From contig JBDHHQ010000038.1 of NCBI GenBank assembly GCA_039589315.1, positions 1 to 39,763 of the forward strand: a stretch of 39,763 bases of DNA, given 5' to 3'. Positions 9,537 through 20,620 of the stretch are shown here, piece after piece. The stretch comes from Gemmatimonadota bacterium. Lineage in GTDB: Bacteria > Gemmatimonadota > Gemmatimonadetes > Longimicrobiales > Gaopeijiaceae. Made by a program: the position numbers and the translations under genes. The notes below the pieces were generated by a model. That model saw nothing but the letters and a program-made list of their open reading frames with translations. It had not been told where the DNA came from and searched no databases. The first letter of the stretch is position 1. Each line of letters begins with the position of its first letter.

Positions 9537-11198
9537 ATGACAACCGAATCGCACAGCTCGAGGGCGTCCGAGGGCCAGGTCGCCGGGGACCCCACCAAGG
9601 ACGCCGCCGAGCTTCCAGCCGAGGGCCAGGTCGCCGGGGACCCCAGCAAGGACGCCGCCGAGTTTCCAGCCGAGGGCGCGGACGAGGTGTCGCAGGTGCT
9701 GCGCATGCGGCGGGACAAGCTCACGGCCCTGGAGGAACGTGGCATCGCGCCCTACGCGTACCGCTTCGAGCGGACCCACGCGGCGCCCGACGCCGTGGAC
9801 GCCTTCGTCCACGACGAGGACACCGGGTCGCTCGGCGAGGACGGCCATGGCCGGACCGTCCGGGTGGCCGGCCGGATGGTGAGCTACCGCGATCACGGCA
9901 AGAGCGCGTTCGCCCACCTCCAGGATGGCCAGGGCGAGATCCAGGTCTATTTCCGCAAGAACGTGCTGGGCGACGAGCCCTATGCCGACCTGGCTCTGCT
10001 CGATCTGGGGGACTGGGTCGGCGTGGAGGGAGCGCTCTTCCGTACGCGGCGCGGCGAGGTCACGGTCGAGGTGGGCCGTTGGGAGCTGCTGGCCAAGTCG
10101 CTGCGCCCTCTCCCCATGGGCAAGACCGAAGTGGACGAGGAGACGGGGGAGCGCAGGACCCACAGCGGGTTCTCGGACCAGGAGACCCGGTACCGCCAGC
10201 GGTACGCCGACCTGGCGGTCAACCCGGAGGTGCGGGAGGTCTTTCGGACGCGCGCGGCCGTCATCACGGCCATGCGGGAGTTCATGGATGGGGAGGGCTT
10301 CCTGGAGGTCGAGACGCCTACGCTCCAGCCCGTGTACGGAGGTGCGGTCGCTCGACCGTTCGTCACGCACCACAACACCCTGGACCGGACCCTCTACCTG
10401 CGCATCGCCGACGAGCTCTACCTCAAGCGCCTGATCGTGGGCGGGTTCGAGCGCGTCTACGAGATCTGCAAGGACTTCCGCAACGAAGGCATCGACCGCA
10501 CGCACTTTCCGGAGTTCACGATGCTGGAGTTCTACGAGGCCTTCGCGGACTACGGCGACATGATACGACGGGTGGAGGACCTCTTCGTCCACGTCGTCGA
10601 AGCGGCGACCGGGACCCGGACGATCGAGTTCGAGGGTCAGCAGATCTCCTTCGAGCCGCCCTTCGGCCGGGTCTCCTTCATGGACGCCCTGAGCGAGGCG
10701 GTGGGCTTCGACGCGATGACCGCCGACGTGACCGCCCTCAGGGACGAGGCCAAGCGCCTGCATCTGACGGAGCTCGACGGGGCGGGTCGCGGCCGACTCC
10801 TGGACAAGCTCTTCGGCGAGCTCGTCGAGGCTGGCCTGGTCCAACCCACGTTCGTCATGGACCACCCGACCGAGCTGAGTCCCCTGGCCAAGCCGCACCG
10901 CAGCCGTCCTGGGCTCACCGAGCGGTTCGAGCTCTATGCGGTCGGTCGGGAGCTGGCCAACGCCTTCTCGGAGCTCAACGATCCGCTGGACCAGCGCGAG
11001 CGGTTCGACGCGCAAGCCGAGCTCAGGGCCGCGGGGGACGAGGAAGCGCACGGCGTGGATGAGGATTACCTGCGGGCCATGGAGTACGGCATGCCCCCCA
11101 CGGGGGGCGTCGGGGTCGGGGTCGACCGCCTGATCATGCTGATCACGGACCAGTCGTCCATCCGCGATGTGATTCTCTTTCCCACGCTGCGCGACTGA
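9537..11198 (+). CDS. lysS: Lysine--tRNA ligase (class II)
   Basis: OB-fold, RYRQRYADL, FLEVETP, LYLRIADELYLKRL, FRNEGID...PEFTMLEFY, GMPPTGGVGVGVDRL. Confidence 0.97.
   Translation: MTTESHSSRASEGQVAGDPTKDAAELPAEGQVAGDPSKDAAEFPAEGADEVSQVLRMRRDKLTALEERGIAPYAYRFERTHAAPDAVDAFVHDEDTGSLGEDGHGRTVRVAGRMVSYRDHGKSAFAHLQDGQGEIQVYFRKNVLGDEPYADLALLDLGDWVGVEGALFRTRRGEVTVEVGRWELLAKSLRPLPMGKTEVDEETGERRTHSGFSDQETRYRQRYADLAVNPEVREVFRTRAAVITAMREFMDGEGFLEVETPTLQPVYGGAVARPFVTHHNTLDRTLYLRIADELYLKRLIVGGFERVYEICKDFRNEGIDRTHFPEFTMLEFYEAFADYGDMIRRVEDLFVHVVEAATGTRTIEFEGQQISFEPPFGRVSFMDALSEAVGFDAMTADVTALRDEAKRLHLTELDGAGRGRLLDKLFGELVEAGLVQPTFVMDHPTELSPLAKPHRSRPGLTERFELYAVGRELANAFSELNDPLDQRERFDAQAELRAAGDEEAHGVDEDYLRAMEYGMPPTGGVGVGVDRLIMLITDQSSIRDVILFPTLRD
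9568..9677 (+). repeat. In-frame 51-bp tandem duplication in the LysS N-terminal extension
   Basis: GAGGGCCAGGTCGCCGGGGACCCC... at 9570 and 9621, partial at 9672 (EGQVAGDPTKDAAELPA / EGQVAGDPSKDAAEFPA). Confidence 0.9.
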
Positions 11199-11305
11199 CC
11201 CGTCGGAAGGTCGGCGGTCGCCACATCCAGCGCGTGCGCTCGTGGGATTCCCGGGGCGAACGCCCGGATTCGGATCCTCAGGCCCCTCCGGGCGTACCAC
11301 GGGCC

Positions 11306-12559
11306 ATGAGCAAGCTCGATTGGTTCATCGCGCGCAGGTACCTGGGCGCCCGGAAGCGGGGTCAGTTCCTCTCTTTCATCACCTGGATCGCCCTGGGCGG
11401 CATCACCGTGGGCGTCTGCGCGTTGATCGTGGTCATCGGTGTGATGACCGGGATGCAGAACGACCTGCGGGAGAAGATCCTGGGAACGTCTCCCCATGTG
11501 GTCGTGCTCCAGCACGGCAGCTCGCTGCGCATGAACGACTGGGAGGCCGTGCTCGACACCGTGCGCAGCGTGGATGGCGTCGTGGCGGCTGCCCCCTTCG
11601 TGCTGACCAATGTCTCGATCTACCGCCGCGGCTACTCCCAGCCTGCGGATCTCTATGGCGTGGCGCTGGACGACGCGGGCCCCCCGGTCACCGACATGGA
11701 AGCCCAGGTCCGTGAGGGAGAGGCCAACCTCACGGAAGCCACGGCTTCCGGGCTGCCGCCCCTGGTCATGGGATCGAGGCTCGCCGAGCGCATGCAGGTG
11801 TTCGAGGGCGACACCCTGACCCTCATCGCCTTCGAGAACCTGAAGGTGAACCCCATGGGCACGCCCCAGCCCGCCATACGCCAATACGAGGTGACGGGCA
11901 CCTTCACCACGGGCATGTACGACTACGACGTCCGCAACGTCTACGCACCGCTCACGGCGGTCCAGGAGCTGCTGGACATCGACGAGTCCAACCAGGTGTC
12001 CGGCATCGGCGTCCGTACGGCGGATCCATGGACCGCCACCGAGTCCGCTTCTCGCATCCTGAACCGGCTCGGCGTCTATCCGTTCTTCGCCGAGAGCTGG
12101 ATCACCAACAACCGTTCGCTCTTCAGCGCGCTGAAGCTGGAGAAGCTGGCCATGGGCCTGATCCTGTTCCTGATCGTGCTCGTGGCCGCCTTCAACATCG
12201 TCAGCACGCTGGTCATGGTCGTGGTGGACCGAACCAGAGAGATCGGCATCCTGAAGTCCATGGGAATGACCAATCGGGGCATTCAACGGGTCTTCATGCT
12301 GCAGGGCGTGTGGATCGGCTTGATCGGCACGACGGTGGGCGCCGTGGCAGGCCTGATCCTCTCGTGGCTGCTGGATCGCTACCAGCTCATACGCATCCCG
12401 CCCGACGTCTACTTCGTGGACCGGCTACCGGTCCACCTGAATCCACTGGACGTGGTGTTCATCATCGGAGCCAGTGTCGTGGTGGCGTTCGCCGCCACCA
12501 TCTACCCGGCCCGGCAGGCCTCCCGACTGCTCCCGGTGGAGGCGATCCGCCATGAATGA
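11306..12559 (+). CDS. lolE: Lipoprotein-releasing ABC transporter permease (LolC/E/F family)
   Basis: FIARRYL...FLSFITWIA, LIVLVAAFNIVSTL, REIGILKSMG, YPARQASRL; ATG 11306. Confidence 0.9.
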   Translation: MSKLDWFIARRYLGARKRGQFLSFITWIALGGITVGVCALIVVIGVMTGMQNDLREKILGTSPHVVVLQHGSSLRMNDWEAVLDTVRSVDGVVAAAPFVLTNVSIYRRGYSQPADLYGVALDDAGPPVTDMEAQVREGEANLTEATASGLPPLVMGSRLAERMQVFEGDTLTLIAFENLKVNPMGTPQPAIRQYEVTGTFTTGMYDYDVRNVYAPLTAVQELLDIDESNQVSGIGVRTADPWTATESASRILNRLGVYPFFAESWITNNRSLFSALKLEKLAMGLILFLIVLVAAFNIVSTLVMVVVDRTREIGILKSMGMTNRGIQRVFMLQGVWIGLIGTTVGAVAGLILSWLLDRYQLIRIPPDVYFVDRLPVHLNPLDVVFIIGASVVVAFAATIYPARQASRLLPVEAIRHE

Positions 12560-13274
12560 GCGCGGTGCCGCACCCATCGAAGTGAGGGATCTCCACAAGA
12601 GCTTCGTGACGGGAGCCGGGATCGAACTCCGGGTATTACAGGGGGTAGACCTACGCGTCGATCCGGGTGAAGCGGTAGCCATCATCGGACAGAGCGGGGC
12701 GGGGAAGTCCACGCTCCTGCACCTTCTGGGCGCCCTGGACCGACCGACCTCGGGAGAGGTGCTCGTCGGAGGGCGCTCGACCGCCGACCTGGACGAAGAC
12801 GAGCTCGCCCGAGTGAGGAACCGGCACGTCGGCTTCGTCTTTCAGTTCCATCACCTCCTGCGGGAGTTCACCGCTCTGGAGAACGTGATGATGCCCTGCC
12901 TCGTCGCGGGGACGCCACGGGACGAAGCCGATCAGAGGGCTCGGGATCTGCTCGGCGCCGTGGGCCTGGGACACCGGCTGGAGCACAAGCCATGGCAGAT
13001 GTCGGGGGGAGAGCAGCAGCGCGTGGCCGTGGCCCGGGCCATCGCGAACAAGCCCCTGGTTCTCCTGGCGGACGAGCCGTCGGGGAACCTGGATGGACCG
13101 ACGAGCGAGCAGCTCCACGACGTGCTGTTCGCCCTGAAGGAGGAGCGACGGCTCTCCATGGTGGTCGTCACGCACAACCACGAGCTCGCGGAGCGGACGG
13201 ACCGGATCTTGCTCATGAAGGACGGCGTCCTGGAGACCGTTACCTCCCTGGTGGCCGGTGAGCGATATGGCTGA
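12552..13274 (+). CDS. lolD: Lipoprotein-releasing ABC transporter ATP-binding protein
   Basis: GQSGAGKS, LolD motif GFVFQFHHLL, MSGGEQQR, LLADEPSGNLD. Confidence 0.93.
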   Translation: MNERGAAPIEVRDLHKSFVTGAGIELRVLQGVDLRVDPGEAVAIIGQSGAGKSTLLHLLGALDRPTSGEVLVGGRSTADLDEDELARVRNRHVGFVFQFHHLLREFTALENVMMPCLVAGTPRDEADQRARDLLGAVGLGHRLEHKPWQMSGGEQQRVAVARAIANKPLVLLADEPSGNLDGPTSEQLHDVLFALKEERRLSMVVVTHNHELAERTDRILLMKDGVLETVTSLVAGERYG

Positions 13275-13773
13275 ACGTTGCGACAGCTGCGGCGAAGCCG
13301 ATGCAGTGGTCAATCTGACGCAGATCGTCAGCGACGGCATGACCACGCAGCACCTCTGCGAGAAGTGCGCGGCCGAGAAAGGGCTCGAGACGGGTGAAGT
13401 CCCGGCTTCGTTTCCCCTCACCGACTTTCTGGCCCAGATGGGTGACGAGCCGGGGCCTGGACCCGCCCAGGCCGAAGCCACGACCTGCCAGTTCTGCGGC
13501 CTGTCGTTTCCGGCGTTTCGCGAGACCGGTCGCCTTGGGTGCCCCCACTGTTACGCCACCTTCGAGGGACACCTGCGGGGCCTGTTGCGACGCATCCACG
13601 GCGGCACGCAACACATCGGCAAGGTGTACCTCCCTCCCGATCCCACCCAGAGCGAGCGGGAGAAGCGCCTCGAAGCGCTCCGGCGGAAGCTCAACCGTGC
13701 CGTCGAGGCCGAGGACTTCGAGAGGGCCGCCGAGCTCCGGGACGAGATCCGGTCTCTCGAGCCCGTCACGTAG
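13267..13773 (+). CDS. mcsA: Protein-arginine kinase activator McsA
   Basis: Four CxxC motifs (CDSC, CEKC, CQFC, CPHC), GRLGC..CY, C-terminal UVR domain ([13 protein letters not shown]). Confidence 0.92.
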   Translation: MAERCDSCGEADAVVNLTQIVSDGMTTQHLCEKCAAEKGLETGEVPASFPLTDFLAQMGDEPGPGPAQAEATTCQFCGLSFPAFRETGRLGCPHCYATFEGHLRGLLRRIHGGTQHIGKVYLPPDPTQSEREKRLEALRRKLNRAVEAEDFERAAELRDEIRSLEPVT

Positions 13774-13779
13774 GGGCCC

Positions 13780-14910
13780 ATGGACATGGACGACCTGACC
13801 ACGATTCCGGACTTCGGCCTCGGCTGGCTCGATGCCAGTGGAGACCACTCCGACATCGTGCTGTCGACGCGCGTGCGCCTGGCGCGGAACCTCCAGGGTC
13901 AGGCCTTCGGGCCGAGGGCCCGGGTGAATGACCGGGAGGCCGTGCTCACTCGGGTGCAGAAGGCCACCGACAAGTCCGAGCTGCTCCAGGGGGCCACGCT
14001 CGTGTCGCTCCCGGCCGTGAGCCAGCGGACTCGTCAGATCCTGCTCGAGCGGCGCCTCGTCTCCAGGGATCTGGCCGGCACACCGCCCAAAGAGCCCCAC
14101 CGGGCCACGGCTGTCGTGCTGGCGTCGCCGGCGCCCCTCAGCGTGATGATCAACGAGGAGGATCACCTGCGGCTCCAGAGCCTGGTGTCCGGCCTCCGCT
14201 TCCGTGAGGCGTGGAGCGTGGTGGACCGGCTGGACGAGGAGCTGGGAAGGGACCTGCCGTATGCGTACCATCACGAGTTCGGCTTCCTGACCAGCTGTCC
14301 GACCAACGTGGGAACGGGCCTACGGGCCTCGGTCCTGATGCACCTGCCGGGCCTGGTGCTGACGAAGGAGATCGGCAAGGTGCTCCAGGGCCTCGGTCAG
14401 GTGGGGCTGACCTTCCGCGGCCTCTACGGCGAGGGCTCGGAAGTGGTAGGGAATTTCTTCCAGGTTTCGAACCAGACGACGTTGGGCAAGACGGAGGAAG
14501 ACCTGGTCGACCACCTGGACAAGATCATCCGACAGGTGATCCAGTACGAGGTGCACGCCCGGCAGGTGCTGCTCAGAGACGCGCCCGCCGTGACGGAGGA
14601 CAAGATCTGGCGAGCCTACGGTTTGTTGCGCTACGCCAGAACCCTTTCCTTCGAGGAGTTGATGAACCTGTTGAGCGGTGTCAGGCTGGGTGTGAGTCTG
14701 AAACTCCTCCCTGACCTGAGGGTATACACGCTCAACAAAATCATGATATTCACGCAGCCCGCGCACCTCGAGCAGGCGGCGGGCCGAGATCTTCCTCCAT
14801 CTGAAAGCGACGCGCACCGGGCAGCGTATGTCCGGCGCATCCTGGCCACCGAAGGGGTCGTATCCTCGGACGAAGAGTCGTCGGACGATTCCGAGCGGGA
14901 TCGGACGTAG
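13780..14910 (+). CDS. mcsB: Protein-arginine kinase McsB
   Basis: STRVRLARN, MINEEDHLR, LTSCPTNVGTGLRASV, RGLYGEGS, QVSNQTTLG. Confidence 0.95.
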   Translation: MDMDDLTTIPDFGLGWLDASGDHSDIVLSTRVRLARNLQGQAFGPRARVNDREAVLTRVQKATDKSELLQGATLVSLPAVSQRTRQILLERRLVSRDLAGTPPKEPHRATAVVLASPAPLSVMINEEDHLRLQSLVSGLRFREAWSVVDRLDEELGRDLPYAYHHEFGFLTSCPTNVGTGLRASVLMHLPGLVLTKEIGKVLQGLGQVGLTFRGLYGEGSEVVGNFFQVSNQTTLGKTEEDLVDHLDKIIRQVIQYEVHARQVLLRDAPAVTEDKIWRAYGLLRYARTLSFEELMNLLSGVRLGVSLKLLPDLRVYTLNKIMIFTQPAHLEQAAGRDLPPSESDAHRAAYVRRILATEGVVSSDEESSDDSERDRT

Positions 14911-14943
14911 CGGGTCGAGCCCGTCCGAGGATCGAGGGCACCA

Positions 14944-17427
14944 ATGAACTACAATTTTACGGACCGCGTGCGGAAGGTGTTGGCGATGGCCAGGGAGGAG
15001 GCCATCCGCCTGCAACACGACTACGTTGGCACCGAGCACATCCTGCTCGGCCTGATTCGGGAGGGGGAGGGGGTGGCGGCCGCCGTCCTCACCAACCTCA
15101 GCGTGGATCTCGATCAGATTCACGAGCGAGTCGAGGAGTCGGTGCGCAAGGGCAAAGCCACCATCGCTTTGGGAGAGCTGCCCTACACGTCCCGGGCCAA
15201 GAAGGTGCTCGAGTTCGCCATGGCGGAAGCCCGTGAGCTCAACCACTCCTACGTAGGCACCGAGCACCTCCTGCTGGGCCTGCTCCGCGAGGAGAAGGGC
15301 ATCGCCGCCCAGGTGCTGAACTCCCTCGGCGTCACCCTGGAAGAAGCTCGGGCCGACACCCTGAAGGTCCTGGGCTCCGACGTCAGTCCGTCCGAGCCGG
15401 CCGGCATCGGTGGCTCCTCGGGGGCCACCCCCTCCACCGGCAAGGGCGACAAGAAGTCCAAGACTCCGGCCCTCGACCACTTCTGCCGTGACCTCACGGA
15501 CCTGGCGCGCCAGGGCAAGCTCGATCCAACCATCGGGCGCTCTACCGAGATCGAAAGGGTTATCGAGATCCTGTGCCGCAGGAAGAAGAACAACCCGGTC
15601 CTGATCGGAGAGCCCGGCGTGGGCAAGACGGCCATCGTGGAAGGGCTGGCCCAGCTCATCTCGAAGGGCGAGGTGACGGAGGCCTTGAAGGACCACAGGG
15701 TCCTCGCTCTGGACATGGCCGCGGTCATCGCCGGCACCAAGTACCGGGGTCAGTTCGAGGAGCGGCTCAAGGCGGTGATGAACGAGATCTCCCAGAACCG
15801 GAACGTGGTGCTCTTCATCGACGAGCTGCACACGCTGGTCGGGGCGGGTGCGGCCGAGGGCGCCATCGACGCGTCGAACATGCTCAAGCCCGCGTTGGCC
15901 CGAGGCGAGCTGCAGTGCATCGGCGCCTCCACGTTGAACGAGTACCGGAAATACATCGAGAAGGACGGTGCCTTGGAGCGTCGGTTCCAGCCCGTCATCG
16001 TGGATCCGCCGGTGGTGGAGGAGACCGTCGACATTCTGAAGGGCCTGCGGACCCACTACGAGGATCACCACCGGGTGGTGATTCCCGACGAGACGCTGGA
16101 GTCGGCGGCCAAGCTCTCGGACCGGTATATCACGGACCGCTTCCTGCCCGACAAGGCCATCGACGTGATCGACGAGGCCGGGGCCCGGGCCCGCATCGCC
16201 AGCCAGGTGCCACCGCCCGAGGTGGAGGAGCTGAAGCAGGATCTGTCCGAGATCGCGGGCAAGAAGGAAGCGGCCATCAGGGACCAGGACTTCGAGCGGG
16301 CCGCTGAGCTTCGGGACGAGGAGCGGGAGTTCCAACAGCGCATCCGGGCCGAGCAGGAGGCCTGGGAGAAGGAGCGCAAGAAGCATCGCCCGGAGATCTC
16401 CGTGGACGACGTGGCTTTCATCGTGAGCCGCTGGACCGGCATCCCCGTCACGAGGCTCCGCACGGCCGAGACCGAGCGCCTCGTGCACATGGAGGACGAG
16501 CTCCACAAGCGGGTCGTGGGCCAGGACGACGCCATCACGGCCATCTCCCGGGCCATCCGCCGCAGCCGGGCCGGCCTGAAGGACCCCCACCGGCCCATCG
16601 GGTCGTTCATCTTCTCCGGGCCAACCGGCGTCGGGAAGACCGAGCTGGCCCGTGCGCTGGCCGAGTTCCTGTTCGCCGACCGGGAGGCCCTGATCCGGGT
16701 CGACATGAGCGAGTACATGGAGAAGTTCTCCGTGTCCCGCCTCATCGGTGCGCCTCCGGGCTACGTCGGATACGAGGACTCGGGAGCCCTGACCAAGGCG
16801 GTGCGCCGGCGGCCCTACTCCGTGGTACTGCTGGACGAGATCGAAAAGGCTCACCCCGACGTCTTCAACATCCTGCTGCAGGTACTGGACGAAGGGCACC
16901 TGACGGACAACTACGGGCGCGTCATCGACTTCAAGAACACCGTGCTGATCATGACGTCCAATCTGGGCGCCCGGGACATTACGAAGGGCAGGGGACTGGG
17001 CTTCCACGACGACGATCCCCAGTCGAGCTTCGAGGTCATGGAGAGCAAGGTCCGCGAGGAGATCGAACGGGCCTTCAACCCCGAGTTCCTGAACCGGGTG
17101 GACGAGACCATCGTCTTCCACCCGCTGAGCCGGGAGCAGATCGGGGAGATCGTCCACATCCTGCTGAGCGACGTGCACAACCGCCTCGCCGAGGAGTCGC
17201 TGACACTGAAGCTGACGGACGAAGCCGTCGAGTTCCTGGTGGATCGGGGCTACGACCAGAGGTTCGGCGCGAGGCCGCTGAAGCGGGCCATCCAACGCTA
17301 CCTCGAGGACCCGCTCTCGGAGAAGATCCTCCAATCCGAGTTCAGCGCGGGCGACGAGATCGCGGTCAGTGTCGACGCGGACGGCGAGAACCTATTCCTT
17401 CAGGCCGCATCGCCGACGAAGACGTGA
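14944..17427 (+). CDS. clpC: ATP-dependent Clp protease ATP-binding subunit ClpC
   Basis: Two Clp-N repeats, GEPGVGKT and GPTGVGKT Walker A motifs, UVR middle domain, LGF ClpP-docking loop. Confidence 0.96.
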   Translation: MNYNFTDRVRKVLAMAREEAIRLQHDYVGTEHILLGLIREGEGVAAAVLTNLSVDLDQIHERVEESVRKGKATIALGELPYTSRAKKVLEFAMAEARELNHSYVGTEHLLLGLLREEKGIAAQVLNSLGVTLEEARADTLKVLGSDVSPSEPAGIGGSSGATPSTGKGDKKSKTPALDHFCRDLTDLARQGKLDPTIGRSTEIERVIEILCRRKKNNPVLIGEPGVGKTAIVEGLAQLISKGEVTEALKDHRVLALDMAAVIAGTKYRGQFEERLKAVMNEISQNRNVVLFIDELHTLVGAGAAEGAIDASNMLKPALARGELQCIGASTLNEYRKYIEKDGALERRFQPVIVDPPVVEETVDILKGLRTHYEDHHRVVIPDETLESAAKLSDRYITDRFLPDKAIDVIDEAGARARIASQVPPPEVEELKQDLSEIAGKKEAAIRDQDFERAAELRDEEREFQQRIRAEQEAWEKERKKHRPEISVDDVAFIVSRWTGIPVTRLRTAETERLVHMEDELHKRVVGQDDAITAISRAIRRSRAGLKDPHRPIGSFIFSGPTGVGKTELARALAEFLFADREALIRVDMSEYMEKFSVSRLIGAPPGYVGYEDSGALTKAVRRRPYSVVLLDEIEKAHPDVFNILLQVLDEGHLTDNYGRVIDFKNTVLIMTSNLGARDITKGRGLGFHDDDPQSSFEVMESKVREEIERAFNPEFLNRVDETIVFHPLSREQIGEIVHILLSDVHNRLAEESLTLKLTDEAVEFLVDRGYDQRFGARPLKRAIQRYLEDPLSEKILQSEFSAGDEIAVSVDADGENLFLQAASPTKT

Positions 17428-19865
17428 CGTTGGGACGGAACTCATTCGCACCACACCAGAGGAAGGCCGCGGCTTCCGCGTTGGCCTTCCTCTGTGTTTG
17501 CACCCTCGTCGGGACGGCGCTGCCACGGCAGGCTGCCGCGCAACAGACGGGGGCGGTATTCGTGGACTCGCTCGACATCGCCGGCAACGAACGGCTCGCG
17601 AGCGAGGTGATCCTGGGCATCATCAGCCTGGAAGCCGGCTCGACGATGACCTACCGGGACATCCAGAAGGCCGTCAAGGACCTCTGGGCCACCGGTCAAT
17701 TCACCGACGTGCAGGTGCGGGCCACGGGCGGCGCCGCCGAGCCCGTTACCCTGACGTTCGTGGTCGCGGAGCAGGAGCTGGTCCGCAACGTGGTCATACG
17801 TGGCCTCGAGCACGCATCGCCGGGGGAGGTGCGGGACACGGCCGATCTCCGCGTAGGACAGCCCTATTCCCCCACGAAGGTCGCGTTCGCGAAGGAGTAC
17901 ATCCGCGACAAGCTGGCTGCAGAGGGGATCCCGTTCGTACAGATCGAGGAGAGCAGGGAGCCGGTACCCGAGCGGCCCGGTGAGGTCAGCCTGTTCCTCG
18001 ACGTCACGGAGGGGAACCGGGTCACCGTGGCCGACGTGGTCTTCCACGGGAACGCAACGCTCTCCGACGACGACATCGCTGGCGCCATGGCGACCAGGGG
18101 CGAGGGCTTCTGGTGGTTCCGCGCTGGCTCCTTCGAACAGGCCGACCTCGACGAGGACCTGCTTCTGCGCCTTCCCGCGGCGTACGCGACTCGGGGTTTC
18201 CTCGACTTCCGCGTTCTGGGTGACACCATGGTCATCGATCCGACATCGGGGAAGGCTCGTCTGGAGGTCACGGTCGACGAGGGGCCCCAGTACCGCCTCG
18301 CCGGCTTCAGCGTCGAGGGCAACAGCCGTTTCCCTACCGCGGTCCTGGAGGACTTCTTCAGCCTCGAGGAGCGCGGGCTCCTGGGCGGGCTGGGCATCGG
18401 CGGGGGCGAAGAAGAGGAACATCCGGTCTTCGACAACAGTGAGTTCGAGGCGGCCACCGCCAGGGTCCAGGAGCTCTACTCGGACAACGGCTATCTGTAC
18501 GCGCAGGTGGAGCCGTGGATCGAACGTCACGAGGCCGAGGGTGACGAGGGGCCCATGGTCTCGGTGGGGTGGCGCATCGTCGAAGGGAATCCGGCCTACG
18601 TTCGCCGGGTCGCCGTGGAAGGGAACGACTACACCTACGAGTGGGTCGTGCGGGACAAGATCTTCCTGCTGCCTGGTGACGTCTTCAGCCGCCAGCTGCT
18701 GATCCAGAGCTACCAGAGTATCTCGTCCCTGGGCTTCTTCGAAGCTCCCATGGATCCCCCGGACGTCATCCCGGATCCCCAGACGGGCGATGTGGACATC
18801 ATCTTCCACGTTGCCGAGCGGCAGACCGGATCGGTGAACTTCGGCACGGCGGTGGGCGGCGGCACGGGCCTCTCGGGATTTCTGGGCTACGACCAACCCA
18901 ACCTGTTCGGACAGGCCAAGGAAGGCCACGTGCGGTGGGATTTCGGGCGCTTCCAGAACCACCTCAGCCTGTCGCTTCAGGACCCGGCCCTCTTCCGGTC
19001 GCGCGTGAGCGGATCGGTCTCGGTGTTCGCCGGGCGGGACCGGTTCTTCAGCTTCCAGACCGGTGAACGAAACCGGGTGGGCGTCAATTTCCGGTTCGGC
19101 TTCCCGGTGCCACGCTCGCTACGGTCCCGCTTCTTCGTGGGATACGGGCTGTCGCGCACGACCTACAAGCTCCGCGAGGGCGCCGACGACAGCTCCCTGT
19201 TCGGGCTTCCGCCGGGGACGCAGAGCACCGTGTCCCTCTCGTTGGTGCGGTCCACGCTCAACCATCCGCTGTTCCCCACGTCCGGCGCGCGCCAGAGCCT
19301 GGGCGTGGACTTCACCGGCGGCCTCCTGGGAGGCGATGGGGACTTCACGAAGTGGACCGCCGAGGGGACCTGGTGGGTGCCGGTCGGCGGCGTGGGCGCG
19401 GGCCTCGGGGGTCCGTCTCTGCGGTTCGCGCTCGGGCTGTCCTTGCGGGGCGGGGCCCTGTTCGGCGACGCGTCCATCTTCCCATTCGAGCGCTTCTGGA
19501 TGGGAGGCGTACAGTTCGGACAGATGCTGCGGGGCTACGACGAGACCTCCATCACCCCTGAGGGATACTTCCCGGAGCGTTCCGGTGGCATTTCCGACAT
19601 CGACCGCCTGGGCAACGCCTTCGTTTCCCTGACGGCCGAGTATGCCGCCCGCTTCGGCGACAACCTCTCCGTGTCGCTCTTCTACGATGCCGGGAACACG
19701 TGGCGGAGCCCGCTCGAGGCGGATCCGGGCCGCATGTTCCGAGGTGCCGGCGTGGGCATTCAGATCGTGACGCCCTTCGGACCGTTGGGCCTCGACTACG
19801 CCTACGGCTTCGACAAGCCGGTGCCCGGGTGGCAGCTCCACTTCCGGTTGGGACCGGGTTTCTGA
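17424..19865 (+). CDS. bamA: Outer membrane protein assembly factor BamA
   Basis: Signal peptide, POTRA repeats, barrel with LRGY and TPFGPLGLDYAYG, C-terminal Phe; GTGA overlap with the clpC stop. Confidence 0.93.
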   Translation: MTLGRNSFAPHQRKAAASALAFLCVCTLVGTALPRQAAAQQTGAVFVDSLDIAGNERLASEVILGIISLEAGSTMTYRDIQKAVKDLWATGQFTDVQVRATGGAAEPVTLTFVVAEQELVRNVVIRGLEHASPGEVRDTADLRVGQPYSPTKVAFAKEYIRDKLAAEGIPFVQIEESREPVPERPGEVSLFLDVTEGNRVTVADVVFHGNATLSDDDIAGAMATRGEGFWWFRAGSFEQADLDEDLLLRLPAAYATRGFLDFRVLGDTMVIDPTSGKARLEVTVDEGPQYRLAGFSVEGNSRFPTAVLEDFFSLEERGLLGGLGIGGGEEEEHPVFDNSEFEAATARVQELYSDNGYLYAQVEPWIERHEAEGDEGPMVSVGWRIVEGNPAYVRRVAVEGNDYTYEWVVRDKIFLLPGDVFSRQLLIQSYQSISSLGFFEAPMDPPDVIPDPQTGDVDIIFHVAERQTGSVNFGTAVGGGTGLSGFLGYDQPNLFGQAKEGHVRWDFGRFQNHLSLSLQDPALFRSRVSGSVSVFAGRDRFFSFQTGERNRVGVNFRFGFPVPRSLRSRFFVGYGLSRTTYKLREGADDSSLFGLPPGTQSTVSLSLVRSTLNHPLFPTSGARQSLGVDFTGGLLGGDGDFTKWTAEGTWWVPVGGVGAGLGGPSLRFALGLSLRGGALFGDASIFPFERFWMGGVQFGQMLRGYDETSITPEGYFPERSGGISDIDRLGNAFVSLTAEYAARFGDNLSVSLFYDAGNTWRSPLEADPGRMFRGAGVGIQIVTPFGPLGLDYAYGFDKPVPGWQLHFRLGPGF

Positions 19866-19993
19866 TATCTTCAAGGGCTGATTCGTAGAGGTGGCCCGGA
19901 ACATATGCCGTTCCGGAGCACTATGTCCTAGTTGTAGTCGACGCCGCCCCTTGGGAGCTGGCGTTTCGTCACTCAGGAAGTGGAGCCTTCTCC

Positions 19994-20539
19994 ATGAGCC
20001 GTGCACTTTTCGCCGCCGCCCTTCTGGCACTGGTAGCCGCCGTTCCGGCCTCCGCCCAGGGCGTGGCGGGAGCGAAGATCGCGTACATCAACTCCCAGAT
20101 CATCCTGGAGCAGGCTCCCGGCGCCCAGCAGGCGGCCGAGCAGTTCGACCGTGACATGGCACGGTATCGGTCCGAAGTCGAGGGACTGGGGCAGCAGCTC
20201 GAGCAGTTGATTCAGCAGTACCAGCAACAGCAGCTGACGTTGTCGCCGGAAGCCAAGGCGAATCGCGAAGAGGAGATCCGCCTGAAGCAGGGTCAATACA
20301 ATCAGCGCCTCCAGGAGCTCGACCAGCAGGCCGGTCTGCGACAGCAGGAGCTGGTCCAGCCCATCATGGACAACATCACGGAGGTCATCGAGGCGCTCCG
20401 CCAGGAAGGCAACTACGCCTTGATCTTCGACGTGGCCGCACAGTCCATCGTGGCCGCCGACGAGAGCTTGGATCTGACCCAGGAGGTGGTCCGCAGGCTG
20501 CAGGAGGCCGCCCCGGACTCGCCGTCCAAGCAGGACTGA
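19994..20539 (+). CDS. skp: Periplasmic chaperone Skp/OmpH
   Basis: Signal peptide, KIAYINSQ, Gln-rich coiled coil, YALIFD...DLTQEV; located between bamA and lpxD. Confidence 0.92.
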   Translation: MSRALFAAALLALVAAVPASAQGVAGAKIAYINSQIILEQAPGAQQAAEQFDRDMARYRSEVEGLGQQLEQLIQQYQQQQLTLSPEAKANREEEIRLKQGQYNQRLQELDQQAGLRQQELVQPIMDNITEVIEALRQEGNYALIFDVAAQSIVAADESLDLTQEVVRRLQEAAPDSPSKQD

Positions 20540-20620
20540 TCGCCCCTACGCTGTCCTTGGCCCACTCACCCCGTTCCTCGAGGATGCGGGTGAGTGGGTC
20601 TTCGTTCGCGGAGCCGCCCC

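Noticed and set aside
14320..17334. 1004-aa antisense ORF and other long opposite-strand or alternate-frame ORFs (e.g. 24226-26391, 9468-11300, 3214-4083 extension)
   Set aside because: Shadow ORFs of high-GC genes; they overlap well-supported genes and have no recognisable motifs.
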